Shown piece after piece: positions 6,401-13,340 of a stretch of 13,823 bases of DNA (within the stretch, counting starts at the first letter, position 1; each line of letters begins with the position of its first letter). The notes under the pieces are model-generated. The model was not told the DNA's origin. It saw only the letters and a list, made by a program, of their open reading frames with translations, and did not search any database. This DNA is from Candidatus Iainarchaeum sp. Lineage in GTDB: Archaea > Iainarchaeota > Iainarchaeia > Iainarchaeales > CSSED10-239. The translations under genes were made by a program, and so were the position numbers. The stretch lies in contig JAQVRT010000016.1 of the NCBI GenBank assembly GCA_028700905.1, positions 1 through 13,823 on the forward strand, given 5' to 3'.

Positions 6401-9400
6401 TATAACAGATGCTTTTATTTCTTTTTATGATGTTAGAGATACTTTTATTTCTTCTTTAAAACCAAGTAATTCAAATGGAAGGAATGGAAAATATACTATT
6501 ACAAATAATTTTAATACTTCAATTGTTAAAATGGTAGTTGAAAGATATGGTTATCTTCCTTATGAAACTGAAATCTATATAATTGATAATACTTTATTAA
6601 ATGCAATTCCTTCAGAAATAATTTTTAATTTAGGTCTTGATCAAACAGCATCAACTTCAAACTTTAGTTTAGAAAACTTAGGTAATTATCAAGCAACAAA
6701 TGTAAGGTTTGGAGAACCAATTTGGATTGAAGGTAGTGCTGGTATTTATCTTGAAGGAAGAGGTAATCCAATAATTAATAAAAACTCAACTCAAAATTAT
6801 CAACTTTTATTAACAACAGACAATGATCTTGAACTTACAACTGCATATGCACATCTTCCAATATATGCAAATATTGGTCCTAGAGAGGTTACAAAAATAT
6901 TAAATGTTAGAATAAATAAAGGTTTAATGTTAAATGAATGTGTTGAAATTACTCCTTCAGAAGTTTCTTCTTTTGTTGGACTAAATGTTTCTTCAAATTA
7001 TGCAGATCCATTTAATACTCCTTTTACAGATTATGATTATACTTCAAATACTTCAAATAATCCTATGCTTGCTCCTTCTCAAAGTTATTCTAATTATGAA
7101 GAATATCTAAATTCAAGTGGATATAACATTACTGATTCAACAGATAATAGTTATACTTACACAGATTCTTCCAATTATACTTATCATGCAACTTCTCCTG
7201 CTCTTAATTCTCAAATTACTGAAAACACAACTTATTTTACAATTAAAAATAATTGTTCTCAAGCTATAACTTTTAATCCTCAAGCAGTTTTAACTTCTTC
7301 ATCATCAAATAATAATTTAGAAGTTTCTCTTGCAAATGTAACTATTCTTCCAGGAGAAGAAAAAGTTTATGATGTTATTTTAAAAAATTCATCTGAACTT
7401 AAAAGAAAAACAACATATACTTATAATATTTTATGGCATAATAATTATTATTCAATAGCTCCTTCAGTTTTAAATGTTGATCTTTTAGATTTAAGTAGAG
7501 CTTTATGGGTTATGCCACAACAAATAAATGTTCCAATCTCTCAAGTACATCCTCAACAAGCTGCTGAAAATTATACTAGATTTTTTATTAAAAATATAGG
7601 TGCTGTTCCAATAACTGATATACAAATAAGTCAGTATCCAAAAATGGTGTCTTCTAATATTAAAATTACTGAATATCCAAGACAAGTATCTGTTTTAGAA
7701 CCAGGAAAAACAATTCCTGTTGATTTAAAATTTTCTGTAAATATTAATAAATCTACATTAGATAATGCTTTAATACAAGTAACTGGTAAAGCTGTTGGTA
7801 TTAGTGAACCAATAATTTCAACAACACAATTAGTGTTTTCAATTTCTTCTCCAAATTGTTTAAAAGTAAGTAATAAAAATATTAATTTTGATTTAGAAGT
7901 TGGGGAAACAAGAGCAAGAAATATTACAATTACAAATCAATGTTCTGAACCTGTTACAATAGTTGGTATTGATAAAAAACAACAAGGATATTATCAAGCA
8001 TATGGGGATAATTCTTTTAGAATAATTCCAGCTTCTGGTAATCCAATAATTCCTGTTAACATGTCAAATACTTATAGAATAGAGTTTACTGCAAATTCTT
8101 TAGGTGGTTCTCCAAAAACACCAATGATACTTCAAGGTAGATTAATGAATTCAGGTAATCCTGTAACTTCAGAAGAGGTTTTAGTTTCAATAACTATAGA
8201 TGATATAATGGTTGGAGAAGAAGCTGAAAGAAATATTTCTATTTTATCTTCTCTTCCTTCTTGTGAAGATCCACAAAATATTAATTCATATAATAGACCA
8301 TTAATTTCAATTAAAGATTGTTCTGAAACTTCAGGATATTGTGATGGAGAATCTTCAGCTGAATTAATTTTAAAGAAAGTAAATGAACTTCAAAATGAAA
8401 TTAAACAATTTTCTGCACAAACACAATCAAAAGTAATTGATACTGGTTGTACTCTTCAAGATGCATATAGTGGTTTTTGTAAGATATCTGAACTTGGTGG
8501 AGGAATTGATCCTGTTGAGTTTTCTTTCTTTATGCAAAATGATAATGTTACACCTGATTTAATTAAAGAAATTTTAAAAAAATCAAATTATTCTTTTAAA
8601 AATTATTTTGTTGAAACAAATATTTTTAATAAAGAAATTAAAACTATAGATCAATATTCTTCTTATGGGGTATATGCTGGTGGAAATAAATTATTTGTCT
8701 CTCCTCACCTATCAGGTTGTGGAAAATACACAGTAGAGATTGATGGTTATGTTGCTGCAAGTCCAGATTATATTTATCCTGAAAGAGCATATTATTATAT
8801 TAATGTTGTAGAAAAAGATACTAACACAATTCACTGTGAGAAAAATATTGTAAATTATTTAAATTATCTTCCATGGGATCTTTCTTTTAATAAAAACCAA
8901 AGAGCAGGAACTTGGCTTACTTTATTTACTGGTGATGAAAATTTATCAAAAGCTTTAATTAAAAGTGTGGGTAAGTTTAAGTCAGATGAAATTGATTTAA
9001 GATATGTTTATAATAAAGATGTTTTATCTACAAGAAATAGTACATTAAATGTTTCAACTGGAGAGATTTCTGAAAATAAAGAAGCTCTTGCAAAGATTTC
9101 TTTTAATGATACTTCTTTAAGAAAAAGCTCTTCTCCTGAGCAAATAGATATTACTTTAAATTCTCTTTATAATTCTCCTGAGGGTAAAACTTCTGAGTAT
9201 GCTATTAAAGATTTTTCAAAAGTAATTTCTTCAATGATTTCAGATAATGATTATTCTGCAAAAGTTTGTATTTCTGAAGATAAAACATATATGCTTGTTT
9301 TAGATGTTATTTCAGCAGGAGATTTAACTTTTGTTGATAAAGAAATAAGTCTTCCTTTAAAGGATGGACCTTCATGTTCTTTATTAAAAGTTAAGTCAGC

Positions 9401-11453
9401 AGTTCCTGAAACTTTAAAGATTACTTCTGATTCTTTAGAGTTTGCAAATATTGGTTTTAAGAAAACTAAAAATGATACTCTTCAAGAAACACTAGATGTT
9501 AGTGTTATTGCAAATAAAGATTCTAACTTTTATATGTGTGTAACTCCAAATTCAGATATTGCAATCTCAGCTCTTGTTGATAAAAAAATAACTGTAACAG
9601 CAACAAGTATTTATTCTGCAAGTGGTAGTGTTGGAAATAGAAGCACAACTGCAGAAGTAGCTTTCTCTTCATGTGCAATCACACCTGAAGATTATCTTTT
9701 AGGTATTTATTCAAATATTTTAACTGAAAATAATAAAGTTGAAGATGATAGAGTATTACCTCAAAATTATACAGCTATTGTAGATTGGGATAAACAATAT
9801 AATCCTGAAGAAAAAGAAAAATTATGTTCTACTTTACAAAAGATTGTAAATAGTAAAAAGTATAATGGAGAACTTTTCTTTGATTATGAAGTTTTAGGTT
9901 GTGAGCTTGAAGATTCTTCACAAGAAAGAGATTCAAGGTTAAATAAAGCACTTACAAATGCTGGTGCATATTTCTTAAGATGTTCTGTTGTTTGTGCTGG
10001 ATGTTATGGGCTTACAGCACTTGTAATGCCTATATCTCTTGGAGGTATTGGTATTGATTGTTTAGGTTTTTCATGTGGTATTTCTTCTATCCTAGTATTT
10101 GCATCTACATATACTGGTGAAGATAAAGGTATTAATTGGATTTTAGATCAATTGTTAGCAAAATTATTAGGAAATGATGAATTTAAATTCTTTGAACCTT
10201 TATTTGGAGAAGTTAAAGATTGGATTTCAGGTGTTGCTGGTTCTTTTATGGCAGGATTTTCTAAAACTGGATCTTCTGCAGCTGCAACTCCGTTAACTTT
10301 TAAAGAACAATTAATAGATTTAGGCGTTGATGTAACTACAACTCCACAAGCACCTCCAGCAAATACTTTAACTGGTTTAGAAGGTAATGAATTAAAGAAT
10401 TTTAATAGTCAAGTTAAAAACTTTAGTAAATATTTTAGTGGTGCAGATAAAACTAGGTTTATACCTACAGGTAATAATGATAAATCTGTTTTTCTAAAAT
10501 TAATTACTAAATCTTCAACATCTAATGGAGGAATATTTACTTTTGATCCTTCAAAATTATCTCCAACTGAGCTTGATGAACTTTCTGGTATTGTAAAAAG
10601 AGGAACTCTCACAGGAAAATATGCTCATATGGTTGACAAAGATATATTTGTTAAAAGACTTACTAAATATAAAGTAAATTTATCTTCTGGTACTTCTTCT
10701 GGACTTACAAATCCAGGTGGCGTATCTGGTTTTACAACTTTAGAACCAGATGTTCGTGATAATTTATTAAAAGTTATTGATGGTTCTAGTGATTCAAAAG
10801 GACTTATTAAAGAAGCAGATGATTCTATTAAAGTTTTAGAAAAAAAAATAGCTGATCTTAAAAAGAATAATGATAGATCTTTATTTAATCCTAAAAAAGT
10901 AAAAGCTGATCCAAATAAAATAACTGCTCTTGATAGGGCTGCAAGAAAAGCATCTTCAGATATTGCAAGTTTAGAAAAAGAACTTGAAAAAGTTAAAGTA
11001 CAAAAAGCATCTTTACAAAATATAAGTAATAAAATTAAAAATGTTGTTCCAGATAAATCTGGGAATTATTTAGTTCCAGATGAAGTTTTAGATGATTTAT
11101 CTAAAACAAATGGTTCAAAAATGACTGTTGCAAAAAGTAAAGCAAAGTGGGTTAGAGGTGTTGGTGGTTTTGTAAGAGGTTTTGGTTGTGGTCTTTTAGG
11201 TAATATGGTTGGAATTAATGCTTTAAAAGAAGAAGGTAAAACAGGACTTAATAAATCAATAGAGTTTTTAAGTAAAAATGATTTTGAGAAAAATATATTC
11301 TATGTCTCTGAAGTTGATATGTTATCTCCAGAAAATGATCAAGAGTATGAAACAAGATATACAATTAATATAAAACCTTATATCTCTCAAGATCAAAGTA
11401 TTATTTCTTCAATTCCTACAAAAAGAATTGATTCTTGTACTATAGAAGAATAA
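3474..11453 (+). CDS. Giant (2,659 aa) membrane-anchored multidomain cell-surface protein; putative adhesin or host-interaction protein
   Basis: Uninterrupted 7,980-nt ORF. It has an N-terminal cytoplasmic motif plus a TM anchor, tandem beta-sandwich repeats, Ig-like modules, an S/T/N/Y-rich linker, C-terminal Gly/Cys-rich hydrophobic segments and a heptad-repeat region. A T-tract follows the stop codon. The only other ORFs in this interval are short, low-complexity, antisense ones. Confidence 0.95.
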   Translation: MVKDKNNLGSNENNENKQNIFSRFYNYLEDKYSSLSNWLTEKGIPLNNLNNYLEEKGLPAFAIVASILLLLIFIIVFLIIFSFSSQSTITFSVKDYSGLSINDAFLKITNSSGKEIFSGTVNDNDVKKIKLKLGESYSFKSTKDGYPEFSKSIIISDKDQKVQITFLELIEYGVLKIRLIDRDNKGIITSGTAIARYTINNAPESTENIVNIANDHFITLEVPMNKDIELLVSADDYEDFKETNFRITLENQEKVIEMDISSLSFEGKSQVTFVVLDTEENPIDDALVSIYNLGDELLDSKNTIDGRALSFIDSGSTISYKVEKEGYRTFISDPEVSFRITKSEITYNVTLEEGGNFLDVFVKSGSNFLSLGDVAITVYDLNNNIINSGNTDDLGNLKLTGLSDKAPIVVTACKEDFLCENLTVDLLEKSSVEFTLERIDVTNSAILSVFVVDEKNLPISKAFIKIYQLLQDEKEVPYNTSLQTDLTGSLSVPLRVGDSFRVYSLVGEVQYFEDVTIDALRENKIIFVMDNASKIIKLDLYDENGFKLTSGSLLVKTKDGTVLFDGNLSETDQVSFISEGYKDLYAEYTDVNGNKSSINFNADESESDGYIRLDFNKEVNLTDYPVIEFSGIVDSKGVKSNFVTIGKEYYLIFDVLFPENTYKGQVHIRAGDDTQVDVEEMSYGITGFSAMDIYDFKYGTTYNSSPLPGLMNIDLLNEGSSQVLNKWLELKWDSDVPLGNKQIKVKINVTDDSYSKLTFKYRTLFEENKLYYRDPVDSLLNQSYSSPQKGALYADTKEVNIDVYNVPLDCEGSQCVSYTFIDSKGNEFSKDDFYAVRDETYFLKVSLYSLDNKQLDLLAETSKSFPLISFGSFSDNLYQNEIINDNSLFEISRDGFLLSENSLKNIYLSFISKDIGAAYIDLKATDVILGNEILNNRLSFNVYDKKEMNVLVSPSNYVDYGSNFTVDVLDSVSLEPITDAFISFYDVRDTFISSLKPSNSNGRNGKYTITNNFNTSIVKMVVERYGYLPYETEIYIIDNTLLNAIPSEIIFNLGLDQTASTSNFSLENLGNYQATNVRFGEPIWIEGSAGIYLEGRGNPIINKNSTQNYQLLLTTDNDLELTTAYAHLPIYANIGPREVTKILNVRINKGLMLNECVEITPSEVSSFVGLNVSSNYADPFNTPFTDYDYTSNTSNNPMLAPSQSYSNYEEYLNSSGYNITDSTDNSYTYTDSSNYTYHATSPALNSQITENTTYFTIKNNCSQAITFNPQAVLTSSSSNNNLEVSLANVTILPGEEKVYDVILKNSSELKRKTTYTYNILWHNNYYSIAPSVLNVDLLDLSRALWVMPQQINVPISQVHPQQAAENYTRFFIKNIGAVPITDIQISQYPKMVSSNIKITEYPRQVSVLEPGKTIPVDLKFSVNINKSTLDNALIQVTGKAVGISEPIISTTQLVFSISSPNCLKVSNKNINFDLEVGETRARNITITNQCSEPVTIVGIDKKQQGYYQAYGDNSFRIIPASGNPIIPVNMSNTYRIEFTANSLGGSPKTPMILQGRLMNSGNPVTSEEVLVSITIDDIMVGEEAERNISILSSLPSCEDPQNINSYNRPLISIKDCSETSGYCDGESSAELILKKVNELQNEIKQFSAQTQSKVIDTGCTLQDAYSGFCKISELGGGIDPVEFSFFMQNDNVTPDLIKEILKKSNYSFKNYFVETNIFNKEIKTIDQYSSYGVYAGGNKLFVSPHLSGCGKYTVEIDGYVAASPDYIYPERAYYYINVVEKDTNTIHCEKNIVNYLNYLPWDLSFNKNQRAGTWLTLFTGDENLSKALIKSVGKFKSDEIDLRYVYNKDVLSTRNSTLNVSTGEISENKEALAKISFNDTSLRKSSSPEQIDITLNSLYNSPEGKTSEYAIKDFSKVISSMISDNDYSAKVCISEDKTYMLVLDVISAGDLTFVDKEISLPLKDGPSCSLLKVKSAVPETLKITSDSLEFANIGFKKTKNDTLQETLDVSVIANKDSNFYMCVTPNSDIAISALVDKKITVTATSIYSASGSVGNRSTTAEVAFSSCAITPEDYLLGIYSNILTENNKVEDDRVLPQNYTAIVDWDKQYNPEEKEKLCSTLQKIVNSKKYNGELFFDYEVLGCELEDSSQERDSRLNKALTNAGAYFLRCSVVCAGCYGLTALVMPISLGGIGIDCLGFSCGISSILVFASTYTGEDKGINWILDQLLAKLLGNDEFKFFEPLFGEVKDWISGVAGSFMAGFSKTGSSAAATPLTFKEQLIDLGVDVTTTPQAPPANTLTGLEGNELKNFNSQVKNFSKYFSGADKTRFIPTGNNDKSVFLKLITKSSTSNGGIFTFDPSKLSPTELDELSGIVKRGTLTGKYAHMVDKDIFVKRLTKYKVNLSSGTSSGLTNPGGVSGFTTLEPDVRDNLLKVIDGSSDSKGLIKEADDSIKVLEKKIADLKKNNDRSLFNPKKVKADPNKITALDRAARKASSDIASLEKELEKVKVQKASLQNISNKIKNVVPDKSGNYLVPDEVLDDLSKTNGSKMTVAKSKAKWVRGVGGFVRGFGCGLLGNMVGINALKEEGKTGLNKSIEFLSKNDFEKNIFYVSEVDMLSPENDQEYETRYTINIKPYISQDQSIISSIPTKRIDSCTIEE
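3534..3722 (+). other. N-terminal anchor module: FY-x3-E-x-KY, two copies of an EKG[IL]P-type motif, then a single TM helix (aa ~59-83)
   Basis: The sequence is FSRFYNYLEDKYSSLSNWLTEKGIPLNNLNNYLEEKGLPAFAIVASILLLLIFIIVFLIIFSF. The same module opens the CDS at 13373. Confidence 0.75.
3735..5320 (+). repeat. Six tandem, diverged ~80-90-aa beta-sandwich repeats (carboxypeptidase-regulatory-like / PEGA-like pattern)
   Basis: The recurrent pattern is h-x-h-x-V-x-D, then a P-I-x-x-A-x-h-x-h segment, then a [TN]-D-x-x-G segment, then G-[DE]-S/x-[YF] and finally an x-x-x-[GD]-Y segment. Examples are ITFSVKDYSGLSINDAFLKI...STKDGY, SQVTFVVLDTEENPIDDALVSIY...VEKEGY and AILSVFVVDEKNLPISKAFIKIY. The family assignment is by pattern only. 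Confidence 0.6.
6315..6586 (+). other. Seventh, isolated copy of the same beta-sandwich repeat
   Basis: MNVLVSPSNYVDYGSNFTVDVLDSVSLEPITDAFISFYDV...VVERYGYLPYETEIYII follows the same pattern as the repeats at 3735-5320. Confidence 0.5.
6606..8200 (+). other. About four Ig-like modules with an [FY]-x-[IL]-x-N-x-[GC]-x-x-x-[IV] strand motif (CARDB / PapD-like style)
   Basis: The motif instances are NFSLENLGNYQATNVRF, TYFTIKNNCSQAITFNP, TRFFIKNIGAVPITDIQI and ARNITITNQCSEPVTIVGI. Each is followed roughly 40-60 aa later by an L-x-PG-E/K or equivalent strand. This is a pattern-level call only. Confidence 0.4.
6990..7215 (+). repeat. Low-complexity S/T/N/Y/D-rich linker with many N-x-S/T sequons
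   Basis: The sequence is SSNYADPFNTPFTDYDYTSNTSNNPMLAPSQSYSNYEEYLNSSGYNITDSTDNSYTYTDSSNYTYHATSPALNSQ. Confidence 0.7.
9960..10295 (+). other. C-terminal Gly/Cys/Ala-rich hydrophobic segments (two putative TM or re-entrant helices plus an amphipathic Gly-rich segment)
   Basis: AGAYFLRCSVVCAGCYGLTALVMPISLGGIGIDCLGFSCGISSILVFASTY spans aa ~2163-2213. WISGVAGSFMAGFSKTGSSAAATPL starts at aa ~2250. Confidence 0.55.
10810..11045 (+). other. Heptad-repeat (coiled-coil) region
   Basis: In IKVLEKKIADLKK and ITALDRAARKASSDIASLEKELEKVKVQKASLQNISNKIKNV, the a/d positions are mostly I, L, V or A over about six heptads, by hand registration. Confidence 0.55.
11148..11225 (+). other. Glycine-zipper-like hydrophobic segment near the C-terminus
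   Basis: WVRGVGGFVRGFGCGLLGNMVGINAL contains repeated G-x-x-x-G / G-x-G spacing. It is followed by a polar tail of about 75 aa. Confidence 0.5.
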
Positions 11454-11476
11454 TTCTTTTCTTTTTTTATTTTTTT
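11454..11476 (+). terminator. Oligo-T terminator candidate directly after the giant gene stop
   Basis: TTCTTTTCTTTTTTTATTTTTT starts at the first base after the TAA stop. Confidence 0.45.
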
Positions 11477-11511
11477 AGTAAAAAGAAATATATAAAAATA
11501 TAAACATCTTA

Positions 11512-11519
11512 TTTATATT
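11512..11519 (+). promoter_or_regulatory. TATA-like box TTTATATT upstream of the 11563 gene, with a GGTG SD-like tetramer at 11549-11552
   Basis: The box lies 44-51 nt upstream of the ATG, and GGTG lies 10 nt upstream of it. An alternative box, ATATATAAAA, is at about 11488-11497. Confidence 0.25.
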
Positions 11520-11562
11520 AGTTAATATAATATATTAAAGATATAATTGGTGTTATATAATC

Positions 11563-11652
11563 ATGTTAAAAAATAAAAAAGGATTTAATTTATTTACTGC
11601 TTTAATCTCATTGATGCTTTTATCAATAACTCTAGTTTTTATTTTTAATATG
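11563..11652 (+). other. Prepilin-type (class III) signal peptide and N-terminal hydrophobic helix
   Basis: The KK-G-F junction is at aa 5-8, followed by NLFTALISLMLLSITLVFIF. Glu+5 is absent, as in archaeal pilins and bacterial GspK/PilX-like minor pilins. Residue +2 is Asn, which is atypical, so the cleavage call is tentative. Confidence 0.55.
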
Positions 11653-13242
11653 GTTCAAACTGAAGAAAATTATTTAGAATTAATAAATAATCAATCTCAA
11701 GCTTCTGACCTCTTAACAATTGCAGATATTTCAAGAGCTGATGCTTTTAATAATTTTGTTGTTTCTTTTAGAGAACAATGGATGTCTTTTAGAAGTGACT
11801 CTGATTCTGAAATTAGACTTACAAGAAAAGATATTATGCTTGATTGGGATAATTTTGTAGATTATTTTGCAGATTATATTTTCTTTGATAATAATTTTGA
11901 AGATCATTTTGCACGTAATATGGTAGAATCTTTAAATTATACAAATCCACCAACAGGTTATGATATAGATGTTCCTACTTATTCTCCTTATGAATTATCT
12001 AGAATTATTAAAAAAGCTTTTCTTGCAGCTGGAGATGATAAAATAAAAGTTGTAAGTTGTGAAAGAAAAGATGAGGTTTGTTTAGGTACACTTTATTTTA
12101 CAATTGATACTAGAAAACTTTCTGCAGAAGAATATGAAACACTTCCAATGATAACTGTTAAAAGAAATGTTGATGATGAAGTTATTCAAAGACCAGTTTT
12201 TGCAAAAAGAGCATACAGGATATATATACCTTGGAGAGGATTTCAAGCTTTAAGAACTGTTAGAAATTTTGCACTTGATGCTGATCTTGAAAAAAGAGAA
12301 ACAACTTCTGAAATTATTGAAAATTCAAAAGATTCAAGAGGTTTTTTTAATCCTTATATTCATTATACTCTCAATAGTGCAAAACTTGGTGTGTGTGATA
12401 TTGATAGTTGTGCTCTAAGAAAAGATTTATTTAAAACTGTTGAGTTAAATGGGTTTACTGGAGCTACATGTTCTAATCCTCCTGAAGTTAGTAATGTTTC
12501 TGACAATGGAGGAATTTCTGTCCCTTTTGCAGGAAGAGTTTCTCTTTCTAATACTACTCATAGTTACAAAATTCAAGATATAGATGGAACTGTGAAACCA
12601 ATATATAATGATTTAGTTAAGACTACTATAAAGAATAATTTAGAAAATAGAAGTGATACAATACATGCAGGAAAAAAATTGCCATCAATCTATTCTTCTT
12701 CTTCAATTTTAGATGATGAATGTCAAATGCCTTTAACAATAAATGGTTTTTCAATATGTAATATACGTGTAAGACTTCCTTCTCCAAAAGTTACAAAAGA
12801 AGTAACTTCTGTAGGAGCTGTTTCAGAATCTTTAAGTAATTTATTTCCAGTTTCATTTAATCCTTCTGGTTTTAATAAAGCTTCAAACTTAAGTCTCTCT
12901 ATTGATGATTATTATAATATTAATGTTTTTGATCAAGAAAGTATTCCTAATCAAACTAATTATCAATATCTATCATGTACAACTATTGATTATATTGATT
13001 TATTATTTAAATTTGAAGAACAAGATGAAAAATATATCTTTTCTGAAGATTCAAAAAATATTTATATTCAGATATCAGATAGATTTTCAGATTATACTTT
13101 CTTTACTTCATCTGAAAGCGTTCCTACCTTTAATGGAGGATATTTTCAAAAAAAAGATCTTCCTTTATTTACAGGTGGAAATGGTTGGACTTGTAAAAGT
13201 TATGAAGAAAATGAAGATGATGCAGCATGTATAGCAGGCTAA
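11563..13242 (+). CDS. Large pilin-like (class III / prepilin-type signal peptide) exported protein with a Cys-rich globular domain; putative pilus-tip or minor-pilin adhesin
   Basis: 559-aa ORF. Its N-terminus MLKNKKG|FNLFTALISLMLLSITLVFIFNMV has a basic stretch, then Gly, then Phe+1 and a hydrophobic helix of about 22 aa, resembling the G|F-T-L-I-E prepilin motif but with Thr instead of Glu at +5. By hand count there are 10 Cys. No other TM segment is present. Confidence 0.85.
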   Translation: MLKNKKGFNLFTALISLMLLSITLVFIFNMVQTEENYLELINNQSQASDLLTIADISRADAFNNFVVSFREQWMSFRSDSDSEIRLTRKDIMLDWDNFVDYFADYIFFDNNFEDHFARNMVESLNYTNPPTGYDIDVPTYSPYELSRIIKKAFLAAGDDKIKVVSCERKDEVCLGTLYFTIDTRKLSAEEYETLPMITVKRNVDDEVIQRPVFAKRAYRIYIPWRGFQALRTVRNFALDADLEKRETTSEIIENSKDSRGFFNPYIHYTLNSAKLGVCDIDSCALRKDLFKTVELNGFTGATCSNPPEVSNVSDNGGISVPFAGRVSLSNTTHSYKIQDIDGTVKPIYNDLVKTTIKNNLENRSDTIHAGKKLPSIYSSSSILDDECQMPLTINGFSICNIRVRLPSPKVTKEVTSVGAVSESLSNLFPVSFNPSGFNKASNLSLSIDDYYNINVFDQESIPNQTNYQYLSCTTIDYIDLLFKFEEQDEKYIFSEDSKNIYIQISDRFSDYTFFTSSESVPTFNGGYFQKKDLPLFTGGNGWTCKSYEENEDDAACIAG

Positions 13243-13304
13243 ATTCACTTTTTAATGTTAATAAAAAGGTATTTAAATGTATAAGCACTATAATTATATA
13301 ACAA

Positions 13305-13340
13305 ATAACATAGTTTTTAAAAGATTATGTTATAAAAATA
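13305..13340 (+). promoter_or_regulatory. 8-bp inverted repeat (ATAACATA n13 TATGTTAT) abutting a TATA-like box (TATAAAAATA)
   Basis: The arms are at 13305-13312 and 13326-13333, verified by hand. The TATA-like string at 13331-13340 lies 33-42 nt upstream of ATG 13373. An SD-like GAGAGATGA is at 13361-13369. Confidence 0.25.

Noticed and set aside
12902-13234. Plus-strand 110-aa ORF in an alternative frame inside the pilin-like gene.
   Set aside because: Its translation (MMIIIILMFLIKKVFLIKLIINIYH...) is a compositional artefact of A/T-rich DNA. It is fully nested in a much longer coherent CDS.
13228-13239. C-terminal C-I-A-G of the pilin-like protein resembles a CaaX prenylation box.
   Set aside because: A four-residue match at a terminus is easily chance. 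The Cys is more simply the partner of the nearby Cys in GWTCKSYEENEDDAAC. No prenyltransferase or CaaX-protease context is visible.
345-13242. Integrated virus or prophage structural module (tail-fibre-like repeats, very large protein as a tape-measure analogue, small membrane protein as a holin).
   Set aside because: No capsid, portal, terminase, integrase or att-like flanking repeats are present in the window. The giant protein has an N-terminal signal-anchor and beta-sandwich adhesin-type repeats rather than a helical tape-measure composition. I retain only the idea that the 468-aa protein might be of viral-fibre ancestry.
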